64,000 bases of DNA from Octopus sinensis (Eukaryota). The notes under the pieces are model-generated. The model did not search any database. It saw only the letters and a program-made list of their open reading frames with translations, and was not told where the DNA came from. The DNA lies in the NCBI RefSeq assembly GCF_006345805.1, contig NC_043007.1, positions 29,698,001 to 29,762,000 of the forward strand, written 5' to 3'. Numbering within the stretch: the first letter of the stretch is position 1; each line of letters begins with the position of its first letter. Shown piece by piece: positions 1 through 13,565 of this stretch. The translations under genes were made by a program, and so were the position numbers.

Positions 1-136
1 GCCATATATTTGGGGTTTTTTTTTTGGTGTTGTACTAGTGAATGTCTAATACATAAAAATAAAAAATAAATAAATAAATAAATAAAAAATTTTTAAAAAA
101 AATTAAAAATAAAAAACTTTTAAAAAATATTTTTTA

Positions 137-175
<39 letters not shown>

Positions 176-205
176 TATTATTATATTATTATTATTATTA
201 TTATT

Positions 206-415
206 CAGTAGTTTATTTTTTTATAGCGTGCTTTCACTTCACTACCGAGCGCAGCTCTGATGCCTTGGGTATGTGCTGTGATTTGTTGTGATGCTCTGAT
301 GGTTATTGTATGGAAAGTGTTCTGCGTAGGATTGTGCAGTCCTAGTAGTGCAATTTTCTGTATGTTATATGTGTTTGTAAGTCCTGGTGTTTTTGTTATG
401 TATTTGTCTGATATT

Positions 416-418
<3 letters not shown>
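206..418 (-). mobile_element. 3' end of R4/Dong-like (RLE) LINE embedded in a (TAA)n tract
   Basis: Minus strand reads ~DKYITKTPGLTNTYNIQKIALLGTA..LRRTLSIQ*, a typical R4/Dong C-terminus, followed by a short UTR; (TTA)n lies on both sides. Confidence 0.65.
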
Positions 419-497
<79 letters not shown>

Positions 498-513
498 GTT
501 GTTGTTGTTATTA

Positions 514-568
<55 letters not shown>

Positions 569-1044
569 CGCATACATACATTAGCAATCTCTGTATCATA
601 GTTAATGGACTGTTTAAAAACAGAAAAGTACATCAGTAGCAATCGTCCTGTAGCGGCGGCGGCGGCGGGAGTGGCAGATACGCATTTCTTTTCGGCCTTC
701 GCCAGCAGCATGCTTCCATTGATAACCGCATGCCGAGACATAATCCATCGCCCAAAAATCAGAAACACACATCTAGCATTCCTGCCGACGCTACTCGACG
801 ATTTTCGTCTGCTACTGATGTATCTCTGTTTGATGCAGCACAGCACGTCCATAACAGATAACATCGCCGGACGAGCGCTGGACTTTTGTGCGATGTATTT
901 GCATCACACTGATTGATAATTTGATCGAATGCTGCTTTTGTTGCACAGAACGAATTCAAATACACACACACACACACAGACGCTCGCATGTGCATGCATA
1001 ATACATACGTACATTATATATATATATATATATTATATATATAA

Positions 1045-1235
1045 AGTTATCCAAACAAGAAAGCACAAAAAAAAAAACACAACAACGCGAGGACGTGGAA
1101 CAAATATAGTATTATTGGACGCTCAGGAAAGAAGGAAAGAAGGAGGGTTTAACGTTTCGTGCCGAGCTCTTCGTCGGAACATAGGAGAAGGAAAGATCCA
1201 GAAAGGGAAGACAGAGGGAAAAAAATCGCCAAACA
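1045..1235 (-). mobile_element. Short TA-embedded repeat (Penelope-like terminal fragment, family A) with minimal HHR-like motif at 1147-1180
   Basis: Near-identical to 61993-62215 and partly to 59040-59160; minus strand reads gtt-CCGACGA-a-gagctcggcac-GAAA-cg-TT-aaac. Confidence 0.6.
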
Positions 1236-1278
1236 TATATATATACATATATATATATACATATATTATATATATATA

Positions 1279-1336
<58 letters not shown>

Positions 1337-1338
<2 letters not shown>

Positions 1339-1893
1339 CCAATTAAGGACTGAACACGAAAAGTGGACAGTCAACATGCTAGATATAGACGTCAAATCGC
1401 CATTCACCACAAAAGATTATGTTCTCAGATCAAACTCAACACAAAACCATAGCAATAAACAACTGAAAAATATACGAAATAAAATAATTACCCATGTACT
1501 AAATTAGTTTCAGCTGTTATTTTCCGCAAGGAAAACTGCAGCCATCATCAGCATGGTCCGTTATAAATTACATTTATAACGGACCATGCTGATGATGGCT
1601 GCAGTTTTCCTTGCGGAAAATAACAGCTGAAACTAATTTAGTACATGGGTAATTATTTTATTTCGTATATTTTTCACTTGTTTATTGCTATGGTTTTGTG
1701 TTGAGTTTGATCTGAGAACATAATCTTTTGTGGTGAATGGCGATTTGACGTCTATATCTAGCATGTTGACTGTCCACTTTTCGTGTTCAGTCCTTAATTG
1801 GTATATATAAATATTTTAATCTTCGGATTCTTTTTTAATATGCTAGACCACTGGTCTTAATTGATAATATCAATTTCTACCCTTAATTAATGT
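1337..1893. mobile_element. Fold-back element: ~232-bp inverted arms (1337-1568 / 1572-1803) with 3-nt loop plus unpaired 3' tail, flanked by (TA)n
   Basis: Arms are reverse complements without indels (one mismatch seen), centred on 1570. Confidence 0.9.
1584..1648 (+). ncRNA. Type I hammerhead ribozyme (mirror copy at 1492-1556 on minus strand)
   Basis: Stem I ccatg/catgg; core CTGATGA 1589-1595; stem II ggctg..ttttcc-ttgc-ggaaaa..cagct; GAAA 1629-1632; near-palindromic stem III ctaatttag; GTA cleavage triplet 1641-1643. Confidence 0.8.
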
Positions 1894-1928
1894 TATATAT
1901 ATATATATAATATATATATTATAAGTAT

Positions 1929-1998
<70 letters not shown>

Positions 1999-3140
1999 AA
2001 GAAGGACTGACATAAGTTTCTGGTAATCTACATGTGCATATCTATATATTTATGCTTAACTCTAAACGTATAGATGTATACATTAAGTATGTGGGCATGT
2101 GTGTAAACACACACACACACATAGACACAGAGTGTATATATATGCGCAAGCATGTATACACACACACATATATACATCTACATCTACACACGCACATATA
2201 TATTTATATGTGTGTGTGTGAGATGAACAACAATTTTCTATTTTGATTCATAGAATTTCAATTCCACCATAAATCTTGGCCGTTTTCTTTAGATTTTAAT
2301 GACTTTTCGCGGCCGTGTTTGCAATATTTTGAAAATTTCAAATATCTGCCCTTCTTTTTCTCGTACAACACATTTGATTTATGGAATCTCTTTTACTTGC
2401 AAAATCACGTGACTTGTATATTCAGATCAGAATAAAACTCAAGGAATTCTGGTTCTATATTACTTCAAGAACGCTTAATGTCGAAACGAATTAGTTTTAA
2501 AAGAAAAATATAATTTAGGGTAGTCGGAACTGTTATCCGATTTTTTAATTGAATTTGGTGTATTTAATTTTCCAACCTCGACTCTGTAATAACTTAAAGA
2601 ATAAAAAATGGACTCAGGAAATAATATATTTTGAAGAGGTGATCCTTGTAATTCCAATATAGAATGTATACTCGTCTGTTGATTACGTACTGAGATATAA
2701 ATTTAAATAAGATGTTAGTGTTTAGCAGTGAATCCATAAATTTACGCTGCTAGTTTATGGAGAAAACCGAAAAAATCTTGTAGGTTTAAACATCGTTTCG
2801 AATGAAACGCATCGGTTCCAGGATAAATATAGAATACTTTTCAGCGGGGAGCTCTCTCTTGGATACGCAATATATTTTCGGCATAAAAGTTCTATGCTTT
2901 CATGTAAATGTGCGTGTGTATGCGAGTGTTTGTGTCTGTGTGTGTGAGTAGGTGACTGAGTGTGTATGTGTGTTCGTGCGTGTGGGTCTGTGTGAGTGAG
3001 TGTTCGTGTGTGAGTGTGTATGTGTGCTTTTTTTGTGGGGGGGGAACAGTCTTCGTGTGTGTGTGTGTGTGTGATTGCATGTCTGAGTAACAAAATAGCG
3101 ATATCTGTTTGAAGAGTGAGTTTGTCGGTAATTTCGGGAT

Positions 3141-3279
3141 GTCGACCCCGAAATATCGAACCCAAAAGGATGAAAGGCAAAGTCGACCTCGGCGGAATTT
3201 GAAATCAGAACGTAAAGACGGACGAAATGCCGCTAAGCACTTTGTCCGGCTTGCTAACAATTCTTCCAGCTCCTCGCCA
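3141..3279 (-). mobile_element. tRNA-derived SINE, family 1 (partial)
   Basis: Minus strand has A/B-box-like head and conserved core gaggtcgactttgcctttcatcc; homologous to 29218-29451. Confidence 0.8.
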
Positions 3280-3856
3280 TCTTAAAGTTTTGTAATATTA
3301 AGATTTATTTCAGTTTGTATGTATAGAAAAATCTATTTATAAATGTACGTATACATACACACGTACATACATGCATACATATACACACATATATATATGT
3401 ATGTGTTTGTGTGTGTATACATCAATAAAAGTATAAATAAATATATAGATATATAAATAACTGCATAAATTGATAAATATGTATGTATGTACGCTTGTGT
3501 ATGCGCGCGCGCGCGCGCGCGCGTGTGTGTGTGTGTGTATGTGTGAGTAGACGACTGCCAATAATATTCGACAGTGAATCGCAATACTCAGCCGTGGATT
3601 ACTTCTTCTAAACCAATATTTACATTAAAATGGCCGATCCGCGAGTGTTTTTCTTCTATTTTCACATTCGCTCTTCATTCGTTTCGCTCTTCTTTCACAA
3701 TTGTTTATTTAACTTTTATTGTTTTATTGTTTGTTTGATTGTTGTTGTTGTTAGTGGTGGTGGTGGTGGTGGTAGTCGTGGTGGGGGTTGTTTTTTTTTC
3801 TTCCTATAATATTGTGGATGTGAGTGTGCGTGTATGTGTGTATATTTTTTTTATCC

Positions 3857-4060
3857 TTTACTTGTTCCCGTCATTAGACTGCGGCCATGCTGGGGCACCG
3901 TCTTGAAGAATTTTTAGTCGAATGAAATCGACCCCAGAACTTATTTTTAATCCTGGTACTTACTCTATCAATCTCTTTTACCGAACCCTCAAGTTATAAG
4001 GACGGAAACATACCAACGCCGGTTGTCAAGCTGTAGTGGAGGACAAACATGGATACAAAC
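3857..4060 (-). mobile_element. SINE family 2, 3' part
   Basis: Homologous to 45830-46030 (gactgcggccatgctgg..cacc..tagtcgaa..atcgaccccag). Confidence 0.7.
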
Positions 4061-4159
4061 ACACATACACACACACACACACACACCATACACACACACA
4101 CACGCACACACATATATATGCGGCATATATAGTGTTGAGGATCTAGGTATAGCTTCTAC

Positions 4160-4710
4160 ATTTTTGTTCAAATGATTTTTATCATGCCCAATGCTCCAAT
4201 CATTATTGATATTATTTTTACCTTCATGCCTCACACTTTAAATATTTCGATTTCGAGGTCTTTGTACTTGGACAATTTCTCCAATTCTTTCTTGACAATA
4301 TTTTGCTCAGAAGGAACTGCAATGTCTATCAGTAAGCAGGTGTTTTTTCTTCAATCCTTGATTATTATGTCTGGCCGATTAGCTTTTATTTCTTTGTCGG
4401 TTTGAACCAGCATATCCCAGATGATTGTGACCTGGTCGTTGTTTTGTACCTTGTTTGGCTCATACTTATATGACACCTCCTGTTGGCATATTGTCCAGTG
4501 GATATATCTGCTTCTTTTGTCGTGTCTGTATAGTAATTTAGACTTGGCAAGAACTGGGCAGCCCCAGGGATGTGGTCAACTGTCTCATTGCACTGGTTGC
4601 ATATTTTGCATTTGGTGTTGAGACCAGTTTTCATTATTTTGTTTTCATAATTGTTTGTAGTCAGGCATTGGTCTTGTGCAGCGAGAGTCAGACGTTCCGT
4701 TTCGGCTTTT
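4160..4710 (-). mobile_element. R4/Dong-like LINE fragment (zinc knuckle and RLE region), frameshifted
   Basis: LAAQDQCLTTNNY, KCKICNQCNETVDHI, NRPDIII, LIDIAVP, KYKDLEIEI and IIIGALG-like motifs on minus strand. Confidence 0.75.
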
Positions 4711-4787
4711 AGTTCAGAATATTTGAGCCATTATTATTATTATTGAGTGAGAGAGCAATGCATGCTATCAAAATGACACTGGGATCA

Positions 4788-4855
<68 letters not shown>

Positions 4856-4859
4856 TATT

Positions 4860-5670
4860 CTTTTTATCTCAGGTTTTGTTGTAATACTAACCATGCTACC
4901 CATTCCCTTCAGCTATCTAATACTTTCTTGATTATTCTGGCCATGCCAAGGGGGCAAACTTTTGTAACAGTTCTACTGGGCACTCTATTCCAATTTCCTT
5001 TCTATTCCTCTTCATGCCTTCTGATACTGTCTTCAAGGACCCAACAATAATTGGCACTATCTTCACTTTCTTCATTTTCCATTGCAGGGCTATTTCGTAT
5101 TTAAGAGGGTTGTATATATTTACTTTTTCGCCTTCCTGATTTCTTCGGATTAGGAAATCCCAGAGGATTTTACAGATTTCCGACTCCGCCATTCTCTACA
5201 GTCTGTGCTACACCACGCCTTGCTCTCTCTCTAGACCCCACTTTTCGCACAGTTTCCAATGTGGCCCCTTCCCTACATCATCGTATCGCCACAAATTGTT
5301 TGGGGCAAGTCTTGGGCGTTCGTTTGCAGTATAGGCAATGGTTTCGTCCATTCTATTATAGATGCGTCACAGTGGAAACACTTGCTCATTCCTAAGTCTG
5401 ACCCTCCAATTTGTGGTCAAAGCTTGGTCTTGCACTGCCAGTATAGTGCTCTCAGTTTCTTTTTTTAGGGTTCCTTCATTAGCGAATCCCACCAATTTTT
5501 GTTCCAGCAACTTCAGTGGTGGCCACATGCAAGTGATTAGGCGGTCCCTTGTGGCGCAAAGTTTCTTCATGTAATTTTTTGTACTTCTTGCTTTGTGTTT
5601 CCTTTTTTCTCGGCTTTCAACACCCCCTCATTTCTAGATGACACTAGCAAGGTTTCCTTACTTTGAGATA
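4860..5670 (-). mobile_element. Second R4/Dong-like LINE 3' fragment next to (TAA)n
   Basis: ETESTILAVQDQALTT, KILWDF and WKMKKVKIVPIIVGSL motifs in ORFs 5367-5570 and 4932-5192. Confidence 0.75.
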
Positions 5671-5865
5671 GATGTTATCATCATCATCATCATCATCATC
5701 ATCATCTCATCACCATTCATTCTTGCATTCCATCGCCTCTGGGGTCAGTAAATTGAAGTACAAGTCAAATATTAGGGTTAGTGTGTGTGCGTGTGTGCGC
5801 TTGTGCTTGTTAGTGTATGTGTATGTAAGTATCTGTATATATGTATGCATACATACATACATATA

Positions 5866-5899
<34 letters not shown>

Positions 5900-6474
5900 T
5901 ACATATATATACATATATATTTACACATATATATATATACATATATTTGTGTATATATATACACACACATGTATATATGTATGCGTGAATCTATATATGT
6001 TTGTATGTATGCATATATGCTGAATTTGATTCAATTTAATTCTGTAATAGATTTTTTTTCATGTGGGGAATACTAAAATCTTTTTATAGAAATGCGTTTC
6101 GCATGTGAGCGTATTTGTGTGTGTGTGTGTGTGTGTGCGTGGGTGGATGATATGGACAAAAAGAAAGAGTGTGTAAGCATACGAAAGAAAAAGAAACCGA
6201 GAGAGAGAGAGAGAGAGAGAGTGTGTGTGGGAGAGAGGGAGCGCAGGAATGGCGTAAAAGAATGAGTCGGATTCCAGTCAAAAGAGCATCGAACTCGACA
6301 ATCTGAGGGGGCCTCGGAAGTTCATGGCTACGGCCTACACACTTTTTCACTAACTAATGAATAAACATACATACATTATATACATGCATACACACACACA
6401 CACGCACACATCCTTTCTCTCTCTCCTTCTCTCTTTCAGTCCCTTTCTCTCTCACCGTCTCTCCATCTTACGAT

Positions 6475-6506
<32 letters not shown>

Positions 6507-6959
6507 GAAAAGAAAGACAGTGAGATGTATGACTATACAGATAGGAGAGAGAGAGAGAGAGAGGGAGAAAGGGAGAGGGAAAGAGAGTGAGAGAGAGAGA
6601 GAGAATGGATGCCAATATATGAATATATAAGAGAAATACGATATGGAATATGAAACACCAAAATAAATCAGTTATTTTTTCGTTCAATCATAGGGACGCC
6701 ATTCATACTCGCCCACGTGAACACTATTCGTAAACACCCGCGCGCGCTCGTGCGCGTGTGCGTGTGTGTGCATATGCGTATGTATGCACGAATGTTTTAT
6801 TTTCAAATGTCTCACCAATTGAGAGAGCGCTGGTTTCTAGCCTAGAAACAAGGGTTTTGCACTGGAAATAAAACATTTACGCAATATAGAGCGGATAACC
6901 TTGTATATACATATATCTCTCTGTGTGTATGTGTGTGTATATTTATAGATCGGTAGCCA

Positions 6960-7120
6960 CTAAACACATTTTTTTCTCTCCTTGTTTTTTTCTGTGTCCC
7001 TTTTTGTAGAAGAGCGTAGGCTCGAAACGTTAAAGATTTTTCTATTACTAATACATCTGTTTGTTTTGTACACCACCTGTCTTCGTCTTTTGTTTTTTTT
7101 CGTGAACTCTCCCCCTATAT
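6960..7120 (+). mobile_element. TA-embedded repeat family B with degenerate minimal HHR-like motif (7000-7035)
   Basis: Homologous to 62700-62878 and 63298-63475; contains gaagagcgtaggctcGAAAcgTTaaag. Confidence 0.55.
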
Positions 7121-7499
7121 TTATATTATATATATATATGTGTGTGTGTGTGTAGTGTGTGTGTGTGTGTGCGTGCATGTGTGTGTATTCCCATACTCAC
7201 ACACACATATACCTATGCATGTATGATGTGCTTGTACCCATATACGTATATAAACATATATATATATTATATCATATATATATATATATTATATATATTA
7301 TATGATATATATATATATAATATATATATCCATGCCACATACATACAATGGTACGGGTATGAACGTCATTGCTTTAGGAATCCATTTTAACTTCCGCGTA
7401 ACGGGAAAATAAATACATCAAAGCATACGTCGGAAAACAAATCGGTTTTTGCAAATCCATAGATGTATAATAAATGAATTTATTACAAGCTAAAATTTC

Positions 7500-7640
7500 T
7501 GAATGTTTTTCAGATTTTGTCGGTGCCTCTGATGCGTAGTGGCCGTAAACTCTTGATTCAATGTGTTCTTTTGGTTTTGTGTAACCAAGATTCTCAATAT
7601 TAGTAGCTAGGCTGCTAGCCACGTAGCCAAGTACTCCGAT
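7500..7640 (-). mobile_element. RLE-LINE 3' remnant
   Basis: YVASSLATNIENLGY resembles VTECLNTNLEKLSF at 59259-59490. Confidence 0.4.
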
Positions 7641-7899
7641 AATTATTGGTAGAAATCTTGAGCTAGATGGAATAACTTCAAATTTCTCATCTGTTAGTCA
7701 CTGATATTTTCTCTTTCTCCAATCTTCAGCATTATTTTATTAACTGCGGGCAACTGGTTTCAACTACTCGACAAAGTCCCTGTTGCCGATCACAGATTGT
7801 TGACTCTTCTGTTATGCATTCTATCGAAGCCTTTGCATAAATATCAAAAGCTTTGCTTCCATATTGAAGATGCATGTCTAGTATTATATATAGGCATGT

Positions 7900-7941
<42 letters not shown>

Positions 7942-7944
7942 CAC

Positions 7945-7977
<33 letters not shown>

Positions 7978-8173
7978 CACAAATGTGTACAAGCATTGCG
8001 TGTTTATGTATATAATCCTTCATATATGAATACCTAAATATGTACGTGTGACGTTGTAGCTCTTGTACTTCCTGCTTGAGGCAAAATATCTCTGATGTTT
8101 TTTACTTACTTCTATGTGTGTGCATGCGCATACATACATACATACATACATATATATATTATATATATATATA

Positions 8174-8217
<44 letters not shown>

Positions 8218-8339
8218 TACATATATATATACATACCCACATATATATGCATCTGTATATATGTATACTCTTTTACTCTTTTACTTGTTTCAGCCATCCG
8301 GCTGAGGCCATGCTGGGGCACCGCCCTTGTTGCTACCCT

Positions 8340-9520
8340 CTCTAAGTCCAGTTTGCCGTGGCTGGCCACTGATCTAAGAGGAGTTTGTAGCTGCTGCCCT
8401 TAGGTTACCCTCGTACTTGCAGTGGGTTCATCTGGGATCCGGAAAGCAGCTTGTCTAGATGTTTTTTGAAAATGTCCACATCCGCATCATGCAGATCTCT
8501 TAGTTTTCTTGGCAGTTTGTTGAAAAGCTGAGGGCCCCTGAACCCCAGGCTATTACAGTATCTGCTCCTTACCCTGGATGTGGAAAGGGGACCTTTGGCA
8601 CCACACAGTGACGTCCTGTACGGGGATTGGAACAGCTCTCAATTCCAAAATTTGGTGCTAGTCCCTCCAGGATTTTCCATATGTATATCACTGCATATCT
8701 CTCGTCTTCGTTCCAAGGAGTACAAATTGAGTTCCCGAAGCCTCTCCCAATAGTTCTTTTCTTTCATGGTGGAAATCCTCTTGGGAAATGTCTTTGGATT
8801 GTCTCAAGCTCTGTGGTTAGTTTGACACTATGCGGTGACCACAGTTGGGAGCAGTAGTCCAGGCGGCTTAGGACAAATGCCTCCATAGTGAATGGTCCAT
8901 GGTCTCGCAGTCTCTTGTCCGGAATGTCCTCAGGATCCAGCCAGTGAGTCGTCTGCACATTGTCGCCACCTTCGCGATGTGTGAAGAAAAAGATGCATCG
9001 TCACTCATGTCTATCCCCAGGTCCCGTATTGATTTCGATACTGGGATTTCGATCCCTCTGGACCAGTATAGTTGTGTTGTAATGTATATGTGTTTACAGC
9101 TTGATATTGTAAGGCTTGAAATTTTACCAGCATTAAATTGCATGTTGTTGTCTTCAGCCCATTTGTATATGGCATCCAGATCTTGTTGTAAAAGGTCAGC
9201 ATCAGCTGGGTTTTTGATTGCCTGTGCTACCTTTGTGTCATCAGCATAGAGTAGTGAGGGATGTTGTTTGTGCTACCAAGGGCATGTCAGAGAGCGCCAC
9301 CAAAAACAGCAAGGGTCCCAAGACTGTGCCCTGTGGCACCCCGCTTGCTATTGGTGTCTTTCCCGAGAGGGCTCCATTGGCTGCAACCATCTGGCTTCTG
9401 TCCTTCAGGAAGTCATGTATCCACTCACCTACTTTTCTGTTATGCCGAGTCTGAGTAATTTGTGACATATCACTCCGTGGTCGACTTTGTCAAAGGCCTT
9501 CGCAAAGTCGAGATATACAC
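8340..9520 (-). mobile_element. CR1/L2-group LINE reverse transcriptase 3' fragment, decayed
   Basis: YLDFAKAFDKVDH, SGVPQGTVLGPLLF, YADDTK, IRDLGI and SRLDYCSQLWSP motifs spread over several frames. Confidence 0.9.
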
Positions 9521-9714
9521 CACATCCACCTGTGAGCGATCCAGTAGTTGTTTCAGTACCCAGTCGTAGTGTTGTAACAGCTATATATATATTATACATT
9601 ATATATAAATTATATAAACATTTATATATATGCATATTATACATACATACTACATACATACATACATAAATACATAAATACATACATATATTATACATGC
9701 ATTATATAAAAATC

Positions 9715-9795
<81 letters not shown>

Positions 9796-9798
<3 letters not shown>

Positions 9799-10322
9799 TG
9801 ATTGCCCCTCGTTATCGAGTATGGCCATTGCACGAAGCTTAATCAATGTTGTTATCGTGCAATGCCTTTGCAAGAAGATTTTTTAAAGTGAGGAAAGGCT
9901 GTGCACTGAGTCAATCCCACTCACTAAGCAACAGCAGCCATAATCCGAAAAGAAGAACAAGTCAACATCATCGGTAACCACTGAGCTGCAGGTTTTATAT
10001 CGGAGTTATCCCAGTTACCTGAGTTACCTGAGTTAACCTAACAAAGGCTAGGAGTCCTTCACTCCTAATGGTTTGACCGCGCAACCGGGTATTCAGTCCG
10101 ATTATTTCTATGTCCCCGCGCTTGATACAGCCTTAAGACATTTATTGGATGGCCGTTGACTCTCAAGAGTTCCCCCGCCCTTTGACGGGTTTTGTATTTC
10201 ATCCCACAGAGTGTCCAATAAACACCCTCCTTGGTGGGGTTGCCGATTTAGTCGCTGACGACCCGAACATGCAACAGGTTGTACTGGGTTACATGTTACT
10301 AGTAGCACTCGAAAGTGACCTG

Positions 10323-10325
<3 letters not shown>
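9796..10325 (-). mobile_element. Probable non-autonomous retroelement (RTE-UTR-like) inserted in (TA)n
   Basis: Discrete GC-richer non-coding block bounded by TA tracts; resemblance to RTE UTRs is by recognition only. Confidence 0.3.
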
Positions 10326-10382
<57 letters not shown>

Positions 10383-10389
10383 TATATAT

Positions 10390-10705
10390 AATCAAAATAA
10401 GCAACAAGGATATCCAGAGGTAATGTAGTACTAATGGACACATTAGTATACTAATGTGTCCATCTGTTTTAATTAATTAAATTCTATATCTTCATGCAAC
10501 TCAGGATTGTTCTGCATTTAAATTGATGTAATGATTGCATTGTTCAATTAGATAAAGTTGCTTGAAACGATTGTACTGCATTACCTCTGGATATCCTTGT
10601 TGCTTATTTTGATTTTAATCACCTTATTTTGAAATTGTATGGATAATACCGTACTAAATTCTGGTGCCTCAACTTAAGTACCATATTCATCTGAATCTAA
10701 ATTTA
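10390..10705. mobile_element. Fold-back element: arms 10390-10431 / 10573-10614, with perfect 30-nt palindrome at 10434-10463
   Basis: aatcaaaataagcaacaaggatatccagaggtaatg and its reverse complement; atggacacattagta-tactaatgtgtccat; TA flanks. Confidence 0.75.
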
Positions 10706-11322
10706 TATATATATAAAATTTATTAGATTTATGCTCTGCTTTATATTCGCTTCCATATCGTGTGCGGAGCAAATGAAATGCCATGCATGAAGACATCGAT
10801 GGCAACAATGTCTTGTCGATTATATAATACGTATTAGATCATGAGCGACCCACAGCCATTTAGTTACAACCGAACGAACAATGAAATCCAGTTACGAATT
10901 GGATGGTTTCGCTTATTTCGAGTAAACACGATGATCTTGTAGCAGGATGGTATTAGAGTCCATGGAACTATTTTTTCTATTGCTAAAACAGAAAGAGGCA
11001 TCGACGCCCAGGGAAGAATACAGAAAAACAGAGGAAGACAAAGATGCAGGCACAATGACAGAGAGACAAGCTCGAAGATAGACAGGGAAGTAAAAAAAAT
11101 AGACAGCCAGCCAGGCAATGGAGGATATCCGAGTAAGGAACTTTGAATGGTTGATGAAATATTTAGGTAATTAGTGTAAGAAAAGTTAATTGTATTATTT
11201 GGCTTGGCAATTTGTTACAGATTTGGATAAATAATTCTTAAGTGGAATGAAAGCAATGAGGTGGATGTAATCGACTGAACTCCGTCCCTGAAATTACTGG
11301 CCTCGTTCCAAAACTTGAAACC

Positions 11323-11420
<98 letters not shown>

Positions 11421-11759
11421 GGTTGTTGTTGTGGTTGTTGTTGTTGATGTTGATGAGAGTGCAATGTACGCCATCAAAGTGACACGGGGATACAAATATA
11501 CGAAGCCCAGTAGACACCATCATGACTACCCCTCTGATCAGGGTACACCAGGCATATGCATCCATATGTATACGACACGGTGATCGCATATCAAGATAAA
11601 CGGTACATGACCTTGCAGGTGGGGGTCCAGTTAGAATTTTCTTCAGGTCAAGTAACCCATCCCAAAAGGTCCCTGAATAACGGTTGTTTAAGGATGATGA
11701 ACGAAACACCTATGTTTCCAAAGGTGAATTATTCAAACCGCAAAGAATCCCTCTCTATA

Positions 11760-11996
11760 CAAATGGCTATGATGCTCGCCCACTACTTCTGCTCTGGATC
11801 AGAGATGCACATAGCGTCAGCTACTCAACTGGCTACGGTCAAGCACCTGACAAGCCCATATGTTGATGGCTGTCATGAGTTTCTATGAGTTGAGGTTTGA
11901 TTTCAAGAGAAGTTTCAGGCGCTTGGAAAATGCAGTGATGATTTTGTCTTCATTTCCCTGTGCAAGATGTTGTCCAGCTCCAAGATCCCAAGGTGC

Positions 11997-12044
<48 letters not shown>

Positions 12045-12045
12045 T

Positions 12046-12082
<37 letters not shown>

Positions 12083-12700
12083 GGGTCCTCTATCCTCTCT
12101 CCATTCGGCAATTCTATGCCCCTACAATCTGCTCTTTTCCCCCGTTTCAAAGTGAACACCACACACTTTGCGATACCGAATTCCGTCCCTATATCCTTGC
12201 TGCACATCTACACACTCTCAACCAAACCAGCCTCTCCATTTCAGCCTTCCATTTTTTGCGAACAGTTTTAAATCATCCATGAAGAGAATGTGGTTGAGAC
12301 GAGGTCCATTACTCTTCAGATCATTGTGTGCGCGTTGAGTTTGCGTAGAACAAATAACAAACAACAAAGGTGAACAAGAATCTCCCTGGAAGATACTTCT
12401 TTTCATTGTTACTTCGGCTAAATGCTGGTTGTTACACAAAAGACGTTTTCCAACGAAGCATGCTGTTCTTAATCAGGGCAGACACCTTCTCAACTGTCGA
12501 GTGTTTCCAGAATCCACGAATGCGGCAACATGTCGTAAGCCTTTTTAAAACCTATCCAGGCCATGCACAATTTTATTTGGTACCGTTTGCAGTTCTTCAT
12601 TACAAGGTGGTCCTTGGTGCCCTTCGATTCTTTTGGCATCCCTTTTGTTCTACTGGAAGCAAATTATTTGATGCAAAGAACGTGTATATATTTTCCCCGT
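11760..12700 (-). mobile_element. R4/Dong-like LINE RT fragment interrupted by (CAT)n
   Basis: IFQGDSCSPLLF, LNHILFMDDLKLFAK, SKDIGTEFGIAKC and RLKLLLKSNLNS..AINIWA motifs. Confidence 0.8.
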
Positions 12701-13019
12701 GATGATGCCTGTTAACACGTTGTTTTCCCTATTATGTGTAAACCCTCGCATTTATTGTCTGTCTTTTATTATTCCATCATATGTAAAACCCTAAATTTTA
12801 TGAGTGTCTTTTTTTTTATATCCTATCAAGATAAACATCACTTGATTTTGCAGATGGGACCCAGTTAGAATCTTCTTCAGGTCCAGTAGCCCATCCCATT
12901 TGAAAGCATTGTTATAATTACTGTTCTTGTTCTTATTGTTGCTGCGGTTGATGTAATCATCATCATCATCATCATCATCGCCATCGCCACCACCACCACC
13001 ACCACCACCACCACCACCC

Positions 13020-13056
<37 letters not shown>

Positions 13057-13530
13057 TGTCGCGTTCCAAGTCCTCCGGGCCGATAAAGAGAAACTCCAAT
13101 CAAATACTAGGACCGTTCAGTGAGAGCGCGTGTGATTGTAAGTGTATGTATATAGCTATCCGTGTGTGTGTGTGTACGCACGTATATGTATATATGTACA
13201 TATGTATATATGCACATATGTGTGTATGCATGCGTGTATGTATGTATGTATGTATGTATGCGTGTATGTATGTATGCGTGTATGTATGTATGCGCGTATG
13301 TAATTTGCTGTATTGGAGGAAAGTGCTGGAATCCGATAATTTAGATTCTATGACTCTGCATGTGTGTGTATGTGTGTACGTGTGTCCGGTGTGTCTGTTG
13401 AGGAATGATATACGTATTACACACACACTCACATACAATATATATATGTAGACATATATACGTATATAAATATATATATATGTCTATACATATATATGCA
13501 ACCACATACAAATATACGTATATATATATA

Positions 13531-13565
<35 letters not shown>

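Noticed and set aside
3570-3650. CCAAT and YY1-like motifs as a promoter
   Set aside because: Short motifs expected by chance; no downstream gene identified
11620-11710. CTGAAGA in a repeat shared with 12840-12905
   Set aside because: Could not build stems I-III around it
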